From a virus (Duplodnaviria; Heunggongvirae; Uroviricota; Caudoviricetes), in IMG/VR virus record IMGVR_UViG_2609459792_000005: a stretch of 22,039 nt of DNA. One strand, given 5' to 3'. The position numbers were made by a program, and so were the translations under genes. The notes under the pieces are model-generated. The model made no database searches, was not told where the DNA came from, and saw only the letters and a list, made by a program, of their open reading frames with translations. The first letter of the stretch is position 1, and each line of letters starts with the position of its first letter. Below, piece after piece: positions 9,502 to 21,070 of this stretch.

Positions 9502-10527
9502 TTACGCCAGTTGTACGGACACGAACGCATCAGGGTCAGCCAGCAGCATCAGCGGTGCTGACTGAATCATGGTGAACTCACGCGCCGGATCGCCGGTGGT
9601 CACCCAGTTTTTCGGGTAGCGGGCAGAGGCGTTAATACCTTCGCGCTGTGCGTCCGCATCCTGAATGCAGCCATAGGTGCGCAGACCGCGTGCCTGAGTG
9701 TTCCCCAGCACCATCGTGTTGTCCGGCAGGAAGTTCTTTTTGACGTCGTTTTCCACGTACTGTCCGGAATACACGACGATCGCCGTATCGCCATACATCC
9801 CCTTATAGGACACCGCTTCGCCCAGGTCTTTTACCGCTGTCTCCAGCTCGGAATTAGAGCCGCGACGGGTATCCAGCTTCTCCCTGACGGCTTTGAAGGA
9901 ACGGAACAGCGCCCAGCCTTTCGGGTCAAACACGATGATATTCACCACGCCGCTGGCGTTCAGCGCGTAGGCTTCGATATCGTCGGTCGGGTCATACGTG
10001 GACTTGTCACGCTTGCTCCACTCCGTGCCGCCGGACTGCGTGATATTGTTCGCCGCACTGCGGCCCATATCCACCTCAACCGGATCGAAGGCTTCACCGG
10101 TCATGGTGTATTTGCCCTTGAGCACGGCAGAAACTGCCTGCATCTCTTCGACCTGAGCAATGGCCAGCTCTTCGTCACGCATGTTCTGCATGATGATGCG
10201 ACGGCGGCGGTAAGCCGGGTCCGCCAGATTCTGCGGATCTTCATCCGGCAGGCGACGCAGGGTCATCTGCGGATTCACCTCATGCTTGGGTTTGACATAT
10301 CCCGGCGTAAATTCAGAGGTGGAGCCGCCACGGGAACGGATAACCTCACCGGAAACAATCGGCGAAACGTACAGCGCCATGTTTACCAGTCCCGGAATTT
10401 GTGAGAGATAGACTTTCTCCGTAGTGAAGGGATAGCTCTCACGGAAAAAGAGACGCAGAAACAGCGGATCAAACTTAAATTTCTGCTCATTTGCCGCCAG
10501 CAGCTGGGCGGTTGTGTACATCGACAT
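9502..10527 (-). CDS. E: Major capsid protein E
   Basis: Protein from ATG at 10527 starts MSMYTTAQLLAANEQKFKFDPLFLRLFF and is 341 aa as for lambda gpE; the track ORF uses an upstream GTG. Confidence 0.9.
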   Translation of the reverse strand: MSMYTTAQLLAANEQKFKFDPLFLRLFFRESYPFTTEKVYLSQIPGLVNMALYVSPIVSGEVIRSRGGSTSEFTPGYVKPKHEVNPQMTLRRLPDEDPQNLADPAYRRRRIIMQNMRDEELAIAQVEEMQAVSAVLKGKYTMTGEAFDPVEVDMGRSAANNITQSGGTEWSKRDKSTYDPTDDIEAYALNASGVVNIIVFDPKGWALFRSFKAVREKLDTRRGSNSELETAVKDLGEAVSYKGMYGDTAIVVYSGQYVENDVKKNFLPDNTMVLGNTQARGLRTYGCIQDADAQREGINASARYPKNWVTTGDPAREFTMIQSAPLMLLADPDAFVSVQLA

Positions 10528-10582
10528 AAAAAAATCCCGTAAAAAAAGCCGCACAGGCGGCCTTTAGTGATGAAGGGTAAAG

Positions 10583-10915
10583 TTAAACGATGCTGATTGC
10601 CGTTCCGGCAAACGCGGTCCGTTTTTTCGTCTCGTCGCTGGCAGCCTCCGGCCAGAGCACATCCTCATAACGGAACGTGCCGGACTTGTAGAACGTCAGT
10701 GTGGTGCTGGTCTGGTCAGCAGCAACCGCAAGAATGCCAACGGCAGCACCGTCGGTGGTGCCATCCCACGCAACCAGCTTACGGGTGGATGTGTCCAGCA
10801 TCAGCGGGGTCATTGCAGGCGCTTTCGCACTCAATCCGCCGGGCGCGGTTGCGGTATGAGCCGGGTCACTATTGCCCAGCGGCTGGTAATGGGTAAAGGT
10901 TTCTTTGCTCGTCAT
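10583..10915 (-). CDS. D: Head decoration protein D
   Basis: From ATG at 10915 the protein starts [12 protein letters not shown] and is 110 aa as for lambda gpD; the track ORF has 2 extra N-terminal residues. Confidence 0.9.
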   Translation of the reverse strand: MTSKETFTHYQPLGNSDPAHTATAPGGLSAKAPAMTPLMLDTSTRKLVAWDGTTDGAAVGILAVAADQTSTTLTFYKSGTFRYEDVLWPEAASDETKKRTAFAGTAISIV

Positions 10916-10924
10916 AAACATCCC

Positions 10925-11530
10925 TTACACTGGTGTGTTCAGCAAATCGTTAACGGCATCAGATGCCGGGTTACCTGCAGCCAGCGGTGCCGGTGCCCCC
11001 TGCATCAGACGATCCAGCGCAGTGTCACTGCGCGCCTGTGCACTCTGTGGTGCAGCTGCCAGAATGCGGCGGGCCGTTTCCACGGTCATACCGGGGGTTT
11101 CTGCCAGCACGCGGGCCTGTTCTTCGCGTCCGTGAGCCTCCTCACAGTTGAGGATCCCCATAATGCGGCTGTTTTCTGCCGCAACCGCAGCGGTGATCTG
11201 CGCGTTCACGTCCGGCTGCGCCGCGCTGGCGTTTTCGCCCTCCGTCGCTGGCACTACGTCAGTAACGTCAGCCTGCGAAGCAGTGGCTGAAACAGTTGTT
11301 GATTGAGTCTCTTTGGTCATTCGCCCTCCTGAGAGACGGGATTTACGTGCATCCAGTGCATCACGCATAACGGTGATCGCATCGGTGCTGTTGACAAGTT
11401 CATCAGCCAGTCCGGCATCAATGGCCTCCTGACCGCTGTACACTGCAGCCTCGGTATCCAGCACAGCCTGCACGGACAGGCCGGTATATGCCGACACCTT
11501 CTGTGCAAACATCCGGCGGGTTGCATCCAT
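10925..11530 (-). CDS. Nu3: Scaffolding protein Nu3, in-frame internal start within C
   Basis: In-frame ATG at 11530-11528 gives 201 aa starting MDATRRMFAQKVSAY, co-terminal with C, as in lambda C/Nu3 nesting. Confidence 0.7.
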   Translation of the reverse strand: MDATRRMFAQKVSAYTGLSVQAVLDTEAAVYSGQEAIDAGLADELVNSTDAITVMRDALDARKSRLSGGRMTKETQSTTVSATASQADVTDVVPATEGENASAAQPDVNAQITAAVAAENSRIMGILNCEEAHGREEQARVLAETPGMTVETARRILAAAPQSAQARSDTALDRLMQGAPAPLAAGNPASDAVNDLLNTPV

Positions 11531-12224
11531 CCGGGACTGCAATGTTTCCCGGACATCATCCGGTAGATGGCTGTAGGGGTTGCCATCCACCTTATGGCTG
11601 CCGCTGTAAATCAGCGTGATTTCCACGCCCTGTTTCTCCAGTGCAGCGCCGTAATTACTGTGAGCCATCATGACGCCGATGGAGCCTGTCCGGGCGGTCT
11701 GCGTGACCAGACGCCGGGAGGCGGCGCTGGCAAGCAACTGACCTGCACTGCAGTTCATGTCGTTGGCCAGCGCCCATACCGGCTTTATGTCACGCACACG
11801 GGCGATGATGTCAGCGCAGTCAAATGCCCCTGCCACCATCCCGCCTGGCGTATCCATATCGAGCAGAATGCCGTCCACCATCGGGTCGCTGGCAGCCTGT
11901 TGCAGACGGGCGATAATGCCGTTGTAACCGGTCATCCCCGAATACGGCTGCAGCGCTCGCGTCCGACTGACCAGCGTGCCGGACACCGGCAGCACGGCGA
12001 TGCCTTTCATGACCTGATAACTGCGGGCCTGTCGTGGTCCGTCATCATCAACGGATAACGCCAGCGCCGCGGGTGCCTCTCCGGCAGTCAGGCTGTCGCC
12101 GGATACCGCATCCGTCAGGCGGCTGATCCCAAGCTGGCCTGCAAGCGCACAAAAGAAAACCCGCGCATAGGCGGGTTCAAGCATCAGCGGCTCATTAAAG
12201 GCCATACTGGCAATATGCGGGAGA

Positions 12225-12244
<20 letters not shown>
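10925..12244 (-). CDS. C: Capsid assembly protease C (ClpP/S49-like serine protease)
   Basis: GTG start at 12244-12242 preceded by AGGAGG gives 439 aa (lambda gpC length as recalled); overlaps B 3' end by 20 nt; the track ORF extends to an upstream start inside B. Confidence 0.85.
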
Positions 12245-15925
<3,681 letters not shown>

Positions 15926-15951
<26 letters not shown>

Positions 15952-16471
15952 TCAGCAACCCCGGTATCAGTTCATCCAGCGCGGCTGCTTTGTTCATGGC
16001 TTTGATGATATCCCGTTTCAGGAAATCAACATGTCGGTTTTCCAGTTCCGGAAAACGCCGCTGCACCGACAGGGGGATCCCGTCGAGAATACTGGCAATT
16101 TCACCTGCGATCCGCGACAGCACGAAAGTACAGAATGCGGTTTCCACCACTTCAGCTGAGTCTCTGGCATTCTTCAGTTCCTGTGCGTCGGCCTGCGCAC
16201 GCGTAAGTCGATGGCGTTCGTACTCAATAGTCCCTGGCTGGAGATCTGCCTCGCTGGCCTGGCGCAGTTCTTCAACCTCCCGGCGCAGCTTTTCGTTCTC
16301 AATTTCAGCATCCCTTTCGGCATACCATTTTATAACGGCGGCAGAGTCATAAAGCACCTCATTACCCTTGCCACCGCCTCGCAGAACGGGCATTCCCTGT
16401 TCCTGCCAGTTCTGAATGGTACGGATACTCGCACCGAAAATGTCAGCCAGCTGCTTTTTGTTGACTTCCAT
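15926..16471 (-). CDS. Nu1: Terminase small subunit Nu1
   Basis: 181 aa as for lambda gpNu1 as recalled; starts MEVNKKQLADIFGASIRTIQNWQEQGMPV (helix-turn-helix); begins just inside cosB. Confidence 0.9.
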
Positions 16472-16489
16472 TGTTCATTCCACGGCCAA

Positions 16490-16615
16490 AAACAGAGAAA
16501 GGAAACGACAAAGGCCCAAAAGCTCGTTTTCAGCACCTGTCGTTTCCTTTCTTTTCAGGGGGTATTTTAAATAAAAACATTAAGTTACAACGAAGAAGAA
16601 CGGAAATGCCTTAAA
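16490..16615. promoter_or_regulatory. cosB: terminase small-subunit binding sites R1 (16496-16510), R2 (16538-16552, inverted), R3 (16591-16610) and AT-rich IHF-type site I1 (about 16559-16582)
   Basis: Three copies of the GTTTCC-containing motif (tgtcgtttcctttct and its inverse agaaaggaaacgaca, plus ggcatttccgttcttcttcg in reverse complement) arranged as in lambda cosB as recalled. Confidence 0.65.
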
Positions 16616-16648
16616 CCGGAAAATTTTCATAAATAGCGAAAACCCGCG

Positions 16649-16660
16649 AGGTCGCCGCCC
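16649..16660. other. cosN cohesive-end sequence, intact and joined
   Basis: Plus-strand aggtcgccgccc is the reverse complement of the lambda 12-nt cohesive end GGGCGGCGACCT; flanking bases also match the lambda ends as recalled. Confidence 0.8.
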
Positions 16661-16859
16661 CGTAACCTGTCGGATCGCCGGAAAGGACCCGCAAAATGAT
16701 AATAATTATCATCTGCATGTCACAACGTGCATCTACGCCATCAAACCACGTCAAATAATCAATTATGACGCAGGTATCATATTAATTGATCTGCATCAAC
16801 TTAACGTAAAAACAACTTCAGACAATACAAATCAGCGACACTGAATACGGGACAACCTC

Positions 16860-17093
16860 ATGTCAACGAAGAACAGAACCCGCAGAACAACAACCCGCAA
16901 CATCCGCTTTCCTAACCAAATGATTGAACAAATTAACATCGCTCTTGATCAAAAAGGGTCCGGGAATTTCTCAGCCTGGGTCATTGAAGCCTGCCGCCGG
17001 AGACTGTGCTCAGAAAAAAGAGTTTCTCCTGAAGCAAACAAAGAAAAGAGTGACATTACTGAATTGCTCAGAAAACAGATCAGACCAGATTGA
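16860..17093 (+). CDS. Small ribbon-helix-helix (Arc/Mnt/CopG-like) putative DNA-binding protein with Arg-rich N-terminus
   Basis: 77 aa ORF; segment IRFPNQMIEQINIALDQKGSGNFSAWVIEACRRRL fits the RHH pattern (beta-strand R-F-P, helix A, G-x-S/N turn, helix B), compare Arc NLRWPREVLDLVRKVAEENGRSVNSEIYQRVMESF recalled from memory; weak RBS; strand opposite to the late operon. Confidence 0.5.
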   Translation: MSTKNRTRRTTTRNIRFPNQMIEQINIALDQKGSGNFSAWVIEACRRRLCSEKRVSPEANKEKSDITELLRKQIRPD

Positions 17094-17149
17094 AGCAATT
17101 TAGATAATCGTGCAGACTACACCCCTCATATCACATGGAAGGTACTACA

Positions 17150-17560
17150 ATGGCTCAGGTTGCCATTTTTAAACAAATATTCGATAAAGTGCGAAATAAT
17201 TTAAACTATCACTGGTTTTATTCTGAACTAAAACGTCACAATGTCTCACATTACATTTACTATTTAGCCACAGAGAATATTCATCTTGTTCTTGAAAACG
17301 ATAATACGGTTTTAATAAAAGGACAGGGTAAGGTTGTAAATGTAAGATTTTCAAAAAATAAATGCCTTATAGAAGCCACCTTAAAAGGATTCAAATCAGG
17401 AGAGTTATCATTTTACGAATACAGGAAAAATCTTGCTACAGCAGGGGTTTTCAGATGGATTACAAATATCCACGAAAACAAAAGGTATTACTATACCTTT
17501 GATAATTCATTACTCTTTACTGAGAACATTCAGAACACTACACAAATATTTCCGCACTAA
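17150..17560 (+). CDS. Hypothetical protein, probably YbcV/DUF1398-family (prophage protein of unknown function)
   Basis: ORF 17135-17560 in track; second ATG at 17150 has a GGAAGG RBS 9 nt upstream and gives 136 aa starting [14 protein letters not shown]; AT-rich composition; 42-57 bp downstream of the RHH gene on the same strand; family assignment is from memory and uncertain. Confidence 0.55.
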   Translation: MAQVAIFKQIFDKVRNNLNYHWFYSELKRHNVSHYIYYLATENIHLVLENDNTVLIKGQGKVVNVRFSKNKCLIEATLKGFKSGELSFYEYRKNLATAGVFRWITNIHENKRYYYTFDNSLLFTENIQNTTQIFPH

Positions 17561-17818
17561 ATCATAACGTCCGGTTTCTTCCGTGCCAGAACCGGCCTCG
17601 CTGGCATGATGAAATATGTGTACCCGGTAACCCCGGTGTGCATCGTTTTTGATTATTCCCACACACTCGCGCAGAAGGAGTTCCCCGTCGGGCTACGGTC
17701 TCTGTTAATACGGGAATACGGCGACGATACAGCGCATGATGTGTCAGGCTTGAATACCTTTATCCTTTAAAAGGGATATCAGTTAAGTTATCCCGTGTAG
17801 GGTATAAGCCATTATCAA

Positions 17819-17844
17819 AGCCACTCTGTAGGAAGTGGCTTTTG
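17819..17844 (+). terminator. Putative rho-independent terminator for the plus-strand RHH/DUF1398 unit
   Basis: Stem agccact / agtggct with 8-nt loop followed by TTTTG. Confidence 0.35.
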
Positions 17845-17855
17845 TAATGGCAATA

Positions 17856-17878
17856 AAAAGCCCCGCGAATGCGAGGCT
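17856..17878 (-). terminator. Putative rho-independent terminator downstream of Rz (minus strand)
   Basis: GC-rich imperfect stem (gcctcgc att cgcgggg c on minus strand) followed by TTTTTATTG. Confidence 0.3.
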
Positions 17879-18081
17879 AAATCCTGGTATTTGTAATGAC
17901 TGGCTCTTATCTCAACGCAGCCCCTTACCGCGCGCAAAATGCTCAATATCAAGCATCAGCAATGAGATGTTTAATCTGGATTCACTCCAGAAGTGAGCAC
18001 CACCCTGTCTACAGAGCCAGATGTGAAGGATGATGAGTAAAATTATCGCTATCATCGAAGGCATTGCGTCCTGATGTATTC

Positions 18082-18531
18082 CTAAAGCGTTCTCAGTGCT
18101 GTTTGGTCGCGGATAATTCCGTCCCGGATACCGAGAACGTTTCGTCCAGCAACTGGAGAGAGTTCGACGGTGGCATCATTGCCCATGCCGGAGGCGCTGG
18201 AGGTTTCGGCTGAGGATGGCACAGGGCATTTTCCTTTGACGAGCACCCGACCACCATTATCAAGCTTGCGCCGAAGAGCATCATTTTCAGCTTTCGCATC
18301 AGCTAACTCCTTCGTGTATTTATCATCGAGTGCATCAGCATCACGCTGGCGCTGCTGCATGTCAGTAATGGTGGCGTTCGCCTTCTCCAGTTCACTGGCC
18401 TTGTTATCGCGCTGTTCTTTGTAGGCGATTGCATTATCACGGTAATGATTAACAGCCCATGACAGGCAGACGATGATGCAGATAACCAGAGCGGAGATAA
18501 TCGCGGTTACCCTGCTCATTGTTGCCCCCAC
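18082..18531 (-). CDS. Rz: Inner-membrane spanin subunit Rz (i-spanin)
   Basis: 149 aa; N-terminal TM segment ([16 protein letters not shown]) then coiled-coil-like charged region; follows the endolysin with a 16-nt overlap; contains the embedded Rz1 frame. Confidence 0.85.
   Translation of the reverse strand: MGATMSRVTAIISALVICIIVCLSWAVNHYRDNAIAYKEQRDNKASELEKANATITDMQQRQRDADALDDKYTKELADAKAENDALRRKLDNGGRVLVKGKCPVPSSAETSSASGMGNDATVELSPVAGRNVLGIRDGIIRDQTALRTL
18093..18299 (-). CDS. Rz1: Outer-membrane lipoprotein spanin subunit Rz1 (o-spanin), embedded in the +1 frame of Rz
   Basis: 68 aa; signal peptide with lipobox VVGC; proline-rich mature region ([16 protein letters not shown]); wholly inside Rz. 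Confidence 0.8.
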   Translation of the reverse strand: MRKLKMMLFGASLIMVVGCSSKENALCHPQPKPPAPPAWAMMPPSNSLQLLDETFSVSGTELSATKQH

Positions 18532-19013
18532 AAACAGACCTCACGCTCAATCTCACGACGAGTCATCAGGCCTTTCCATTGCTTACCGCCAGCGTATGCC
18601 CAGCGACGTAGCTGGTCACATGCGCCCTTGATATCGCCCTGGTTTATTTTGCGAAGAAGAGTAGATGTTCTGAAATTGCCTGCGCCCACGTTATAGACGA
18701 ACGAGTAAAGAGCGCCGCGCGTTGTTTCCGGTATATCGACTTTGATGTACGGGTTAATTTGTCTGGCTACCGTGGCAAGGTCTTTATTCAGGAGGGCTTT
18801 GCATTCTGCTTCGGTATACGTTTTACCGAGCATGATGTCTTTTCCTGTATGCCCGTGACATACAGTCCATACACCAACAATATCTTTGTATGGTATGTAG
18901 CTGACACCTTCCAGACCATCGTTACCACTTGGGCCAGTGATTAACACTGATGCTATAGCAATTGCTCCGCCACCAATAGCAGCAGCAACGACTTTTCGTA
19001 ATGATGGAGGCAT
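18516..19013 (-). CDS. R: SAR (signal-anchor-release) endolysin, phage 21 R-type lysozyme
   Basis: 165 aa; Gly/Ala-rich weakly hydrophobic N-terminal SAR segment ([18 protein letters not shown]) followed by T4-lysozyme-like catalytic region ([20 protein letters not shown]); recognised as close to phage 21 R. Confidence 0.9.
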   Translation of the reverse strand: MPPSLRKVVAAAIGGGAIAIASVLITGPSGNDGLEGVSYIPYKDIVGVWTVCHGHTGKDIMLGKTYTEAECKALLNKDLATVARQINPYIKVDIPETTRGALYSFVYNVGAGNFRTSTLLRKINQGDIKGACDQLRRWAYAGGKQWKGLMTRREIEREVCLWGQQ

Positions 19014-19228
19014 TATTCACCTCTCGCAGCCTTGCGCTTATCTTCTTTAATCTTGAAATAAAGGTTTGTCAGGTACGTCAGCAGGCCAAATACCAGACTA
19101 CCCAGCACACCGATTGCAGCCCACTGTGACGGAGTTACTCTATCGAGCAACTGTAAAAACCAGTAGCCAGCACTGCCTGCGGAGGTGCCGTAGGCAATGC
19201 CTGTTGAAATTTTGTCCATGGATTTCAT
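19013..19228 (-). CDS. S: Pinholin, phage 21 S-type, dual-start motif (Met1 at 19228, Met4 at 19219)
   Basis: Protein [31 protein letters not shown]... 71 aa, two TM segments, charged C-terminus; strong GGAGGTGAGG RBS immediately upstream of ATG 19228; the track ORF extends 19 codons further upstream (to 19285) with no RBS. Confidence 0.85.
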   Translation of the reverse strand: MKSMDKISTGIAYGTSAGSAGYWFLQLLDRVTPSQWAAIGVLGSLVFGLLTYLTNLYFKIKEDKRKAARGE

Positions 19229-19327
19229 AGCCTCACCTCCGCACGGAACGGATGGCATAGTTATTATGTGTAGGCTTTCAGACACATCAATCAGAGCCTT
19301 AATTGATATATATGCTGGAGACGATGC

Positions 19328-19354
19328 AATATAAAAAGCTCGCCGTAGCGAGCT
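19328..19354 (-). terminator. Putative rho-independent terminator after the lipoprotein genes, upstream of S
   Basis: Perfect 7-bp stem agctcgc/gcgagct with 4-nt loop (19337-19354) followed on the minus strand by TTTTAT. Confidence 0.4.
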
Positions 19355-19479
19355 AATAAAATGTATTTCTCTGATATTATGTTTATTTGTATTAGCTCAG
19401 ACTTGACATCACAGGTTTCGTATATAGAACATCATCAAATCTGTCAGTTTGCTATGAATGAGATATAGTAATTGAAGAG

Positions 19480-19875
19480 CTAACCTCGCATGTCAAAGCC
19501 AGATTTCTGAAAATCTCTGTAGACTTCCGGATTGTTGAAGGCCGGAAATTTGGCTTTATGAGCTGCGGACTTTATCGCTTCGCAATAGGCTTTATCACCG
19601 TTACTGGTAGATATTTTTAACGCCGTGCCATCCTGAGAGAATTCCATATGCAACCTGCATTTTTTCCCTTTCCAGTTATGCGGCTCATCAAGTTTGGCAT
19701 TAATTGCAGCTCTGATTCCCCGCGCTTGCGCCCCCCATTCATCCTGATCATCCCAGCGTCCTGAACTGCAACTACCTGTAGCAGTAGTTTTGTGGCAATC
19801 TGAAGGGTGTAAAGGTGTGCATCCCGCAACAAAACCGACCCAAAAAGTCAACATAACGATTTTCTTTAATCCCAC
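19480..19875 (-). CDS. Lipoprotein with C-terminal TolA domain-III-like fold (paralog 2)
   Basis: 131 aa; GTG start with GAGGAG RBS 6 nt upstream; signal peptide plus lipobox VAGC; C-terminal region RGIRAAINAKL...WKGKKCRLHMEFSQDGTALKISTSNGDKAYCEAIKSAAHKAKFPAFNNPEVYRDFQ shares the conserved skeleton of the upstream paralog and of TolA domain III. Confidence 0.75.
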   Translation of the reverse strand: MGLKKIVMLTFWVGFVAGCTPLHPSDCHKTTATGSCSSGRWDDQDEWGAQARGIRAAINAKLDEPHNWKGKKCRLHMEFSQDGTALKISTSNGDKAYCEAIKSAAHKAKFPAFNNPEVYRDFQKSGFDMRG

Positions 19876-20025
19876 TTCTTGCTCCTCAATCCATTAAAAT
19901 CTCAGCAATAGTAGTTGTTACGTCCGCCACTGGCTCAGAGCTGACTATCCGCTAAATTTAGCTCAGTGCCGTAGCTGTGTCAGAACAAACCTAAGCCGAA
20001 ACCGTTTATTACAAAACAATAAATA

Positions 20026-20454
20026 TCAGGGTTTAAAATCCAGCACCCCATTTTGAAATACTTTATATACTTCCGGCGAAGGGGGGGCAGGTATATCAGC
20101 ATTCTTTATCGCATTCATCGCTTCACGACATAAATCGAGGTCTCCACTTTCTCTTTTAACCTCCAGTAGAAGGCCATTCGGGGCCATATGCATTCTCAGT
20201 GTACACTCTTTTCCTGAATACTTACTCGCATCCCCGAACTGTTTTTCGATGGCGCTCTTGATTTGATGGGCATACAGACGGATATCCTCACTAACATCAG
20301 AAGTACGTTCAGATGAACTCACATACTGTGTCTCTATTGCTTTATCGGAGTAATATGATGTACGGTCATGATAATTTGTCGATACAGCATCAGTGCACCC
20401 GATAATAATCCCACTAATAATCAACGTAAGAATTGATGCGCTACGAAAACCCAT
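20026..20454 (-). CDS. Lipoprotein with C-terminal TolA domain-III-like domain (paralog 1)
   Basis: 142 aa; ATG with GAGGA RBS; signal peptide plus lipobox IIGC; C-terminus YAHQIKSAIEKQFGDASKYSGKECTLRMHMAPNGLLLEVKRESGDLDLCREAMNAIKNADIPAPPSPEVYKVFQNGVLDFKP aligns closely with the recalled E. coli TolA C-terminus (YAGQIKSAIESKFYDASSYAGKTCTLRIKLAPDGMLLDIKPEGGDPALCQAALAAAKLAKIPKPPSQAVYEVFKNAPLDFKP). Confidence 0.8.
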   Translation of the reverse strand: MGFRSASILTLIISGIIIGCTDAVSTNYHDRTSYYSDKAIETQYVSSSERTSDVSEDIRLYAHQIKSAIEKQFGDASKYSGKECTLRMHMAPNGLLLEVKRESGDLDLCREAMNAIKNADIPAPPSPEVYKVFQNGVLDFKP

Positions 20455-20483
20455 TTTTCCTCACATATGTCATATAGTAAAGG

Positions 20484-20513
20484 ATTATATATACCGTTGT
20501 TTTGGACGCTCAA
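20484..20513 (-). promoter_or_regulatory. Candidate sigma70 promoter for the TolA-like lipoprotein genes
   Basis: Minus-strand TTGAGC (plus 20508-20513), 18-bp spacer, TATAAT (plus 20484-20489), about 30 nt upstream of the ATG at 20454. Confidence 0.25.
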
Positions 20514-21043
20514 ACAGCGAATCAGATCAAATAAAACGCACATTTGTTAACATTTACACAAAGTCTGCGTGGGATATTCTGAAAGAATATCCATAATGTG
20601 GAGAGAATCTATTGAAGTGCATGGTGCCGGGTGCCTCCCGGTGAACAAAATGTTCGTGATACCTGTCGGCGACAGAAAAGGTTAATGGTATCACCCCACC
20701 GCACAGGGGGATTCACCATGCAGGAGTTTTCTTAGCAAACTCACTGCGCGCCCGGCAACTCCCAACCACATAAAATGCGGAGTTTGTGGTATTTATGCAT
20801 ATAACTCGCAGGAATTATCTTAAAAAACTGATGTCGATCCGGATTAAAAAGAAGCAGGTCATCATCAGATGACTGGAAAAAAGGAAAAAAAAAATACTCA
20901 TCATACAGTTTTGATTGCAGGGATGAGCCTGCTATGCACAATATGCAGAATATAAGCAAGATAAAAATATGCAGGCATATTATTTCGGATTTTGTTATTA
21001 ACACAACCTTTTTAATAATCATTTGGCATACAATAAACCAGTC

Positions 21044-21070
21044 CAAAAAGAACCGCCTAAACAGGCGGTT
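21044..21070 (-). terminator. Putative rho-independent terminator (minus strand) in AT-rich region
   Basis: Stem aaccgcc/ggcggtt with 6-nt loop (21051-21070) followed on the minus strand by CTTTTTGG. Confidence 0.4.

Noticed and set aside
17169-17354. 61-aa minus-strand ORF overlapping the DUF1398 gene
   Set aside because: Entirely embedded antisense in a better-supported ORF that has an RBS; AT-rich region gives chance ORFs.
17606-17770. 54-aa plus-strand ORF (MMKYVYPVTPVCIVFDYSH...) downstream of the DUF1398 gene
   Set aside because: No recognisable RBS and no recognisable family; below the ORF-track threshold. Could be real but the sequence alone does not support it.
19617-19832. 71-aa ORF nested in another frame inside lipoprotein paralog 2; also 1213-1446, 1899-2135, 3783-4007 and 4440-4643 inside tail genes
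   Set aside because: Alternative-frame ORFs within confidently assigned genes and without RBS. Rz1 is the only embedded gene with independent support (lipobox, proline-rich region, known arrangement).
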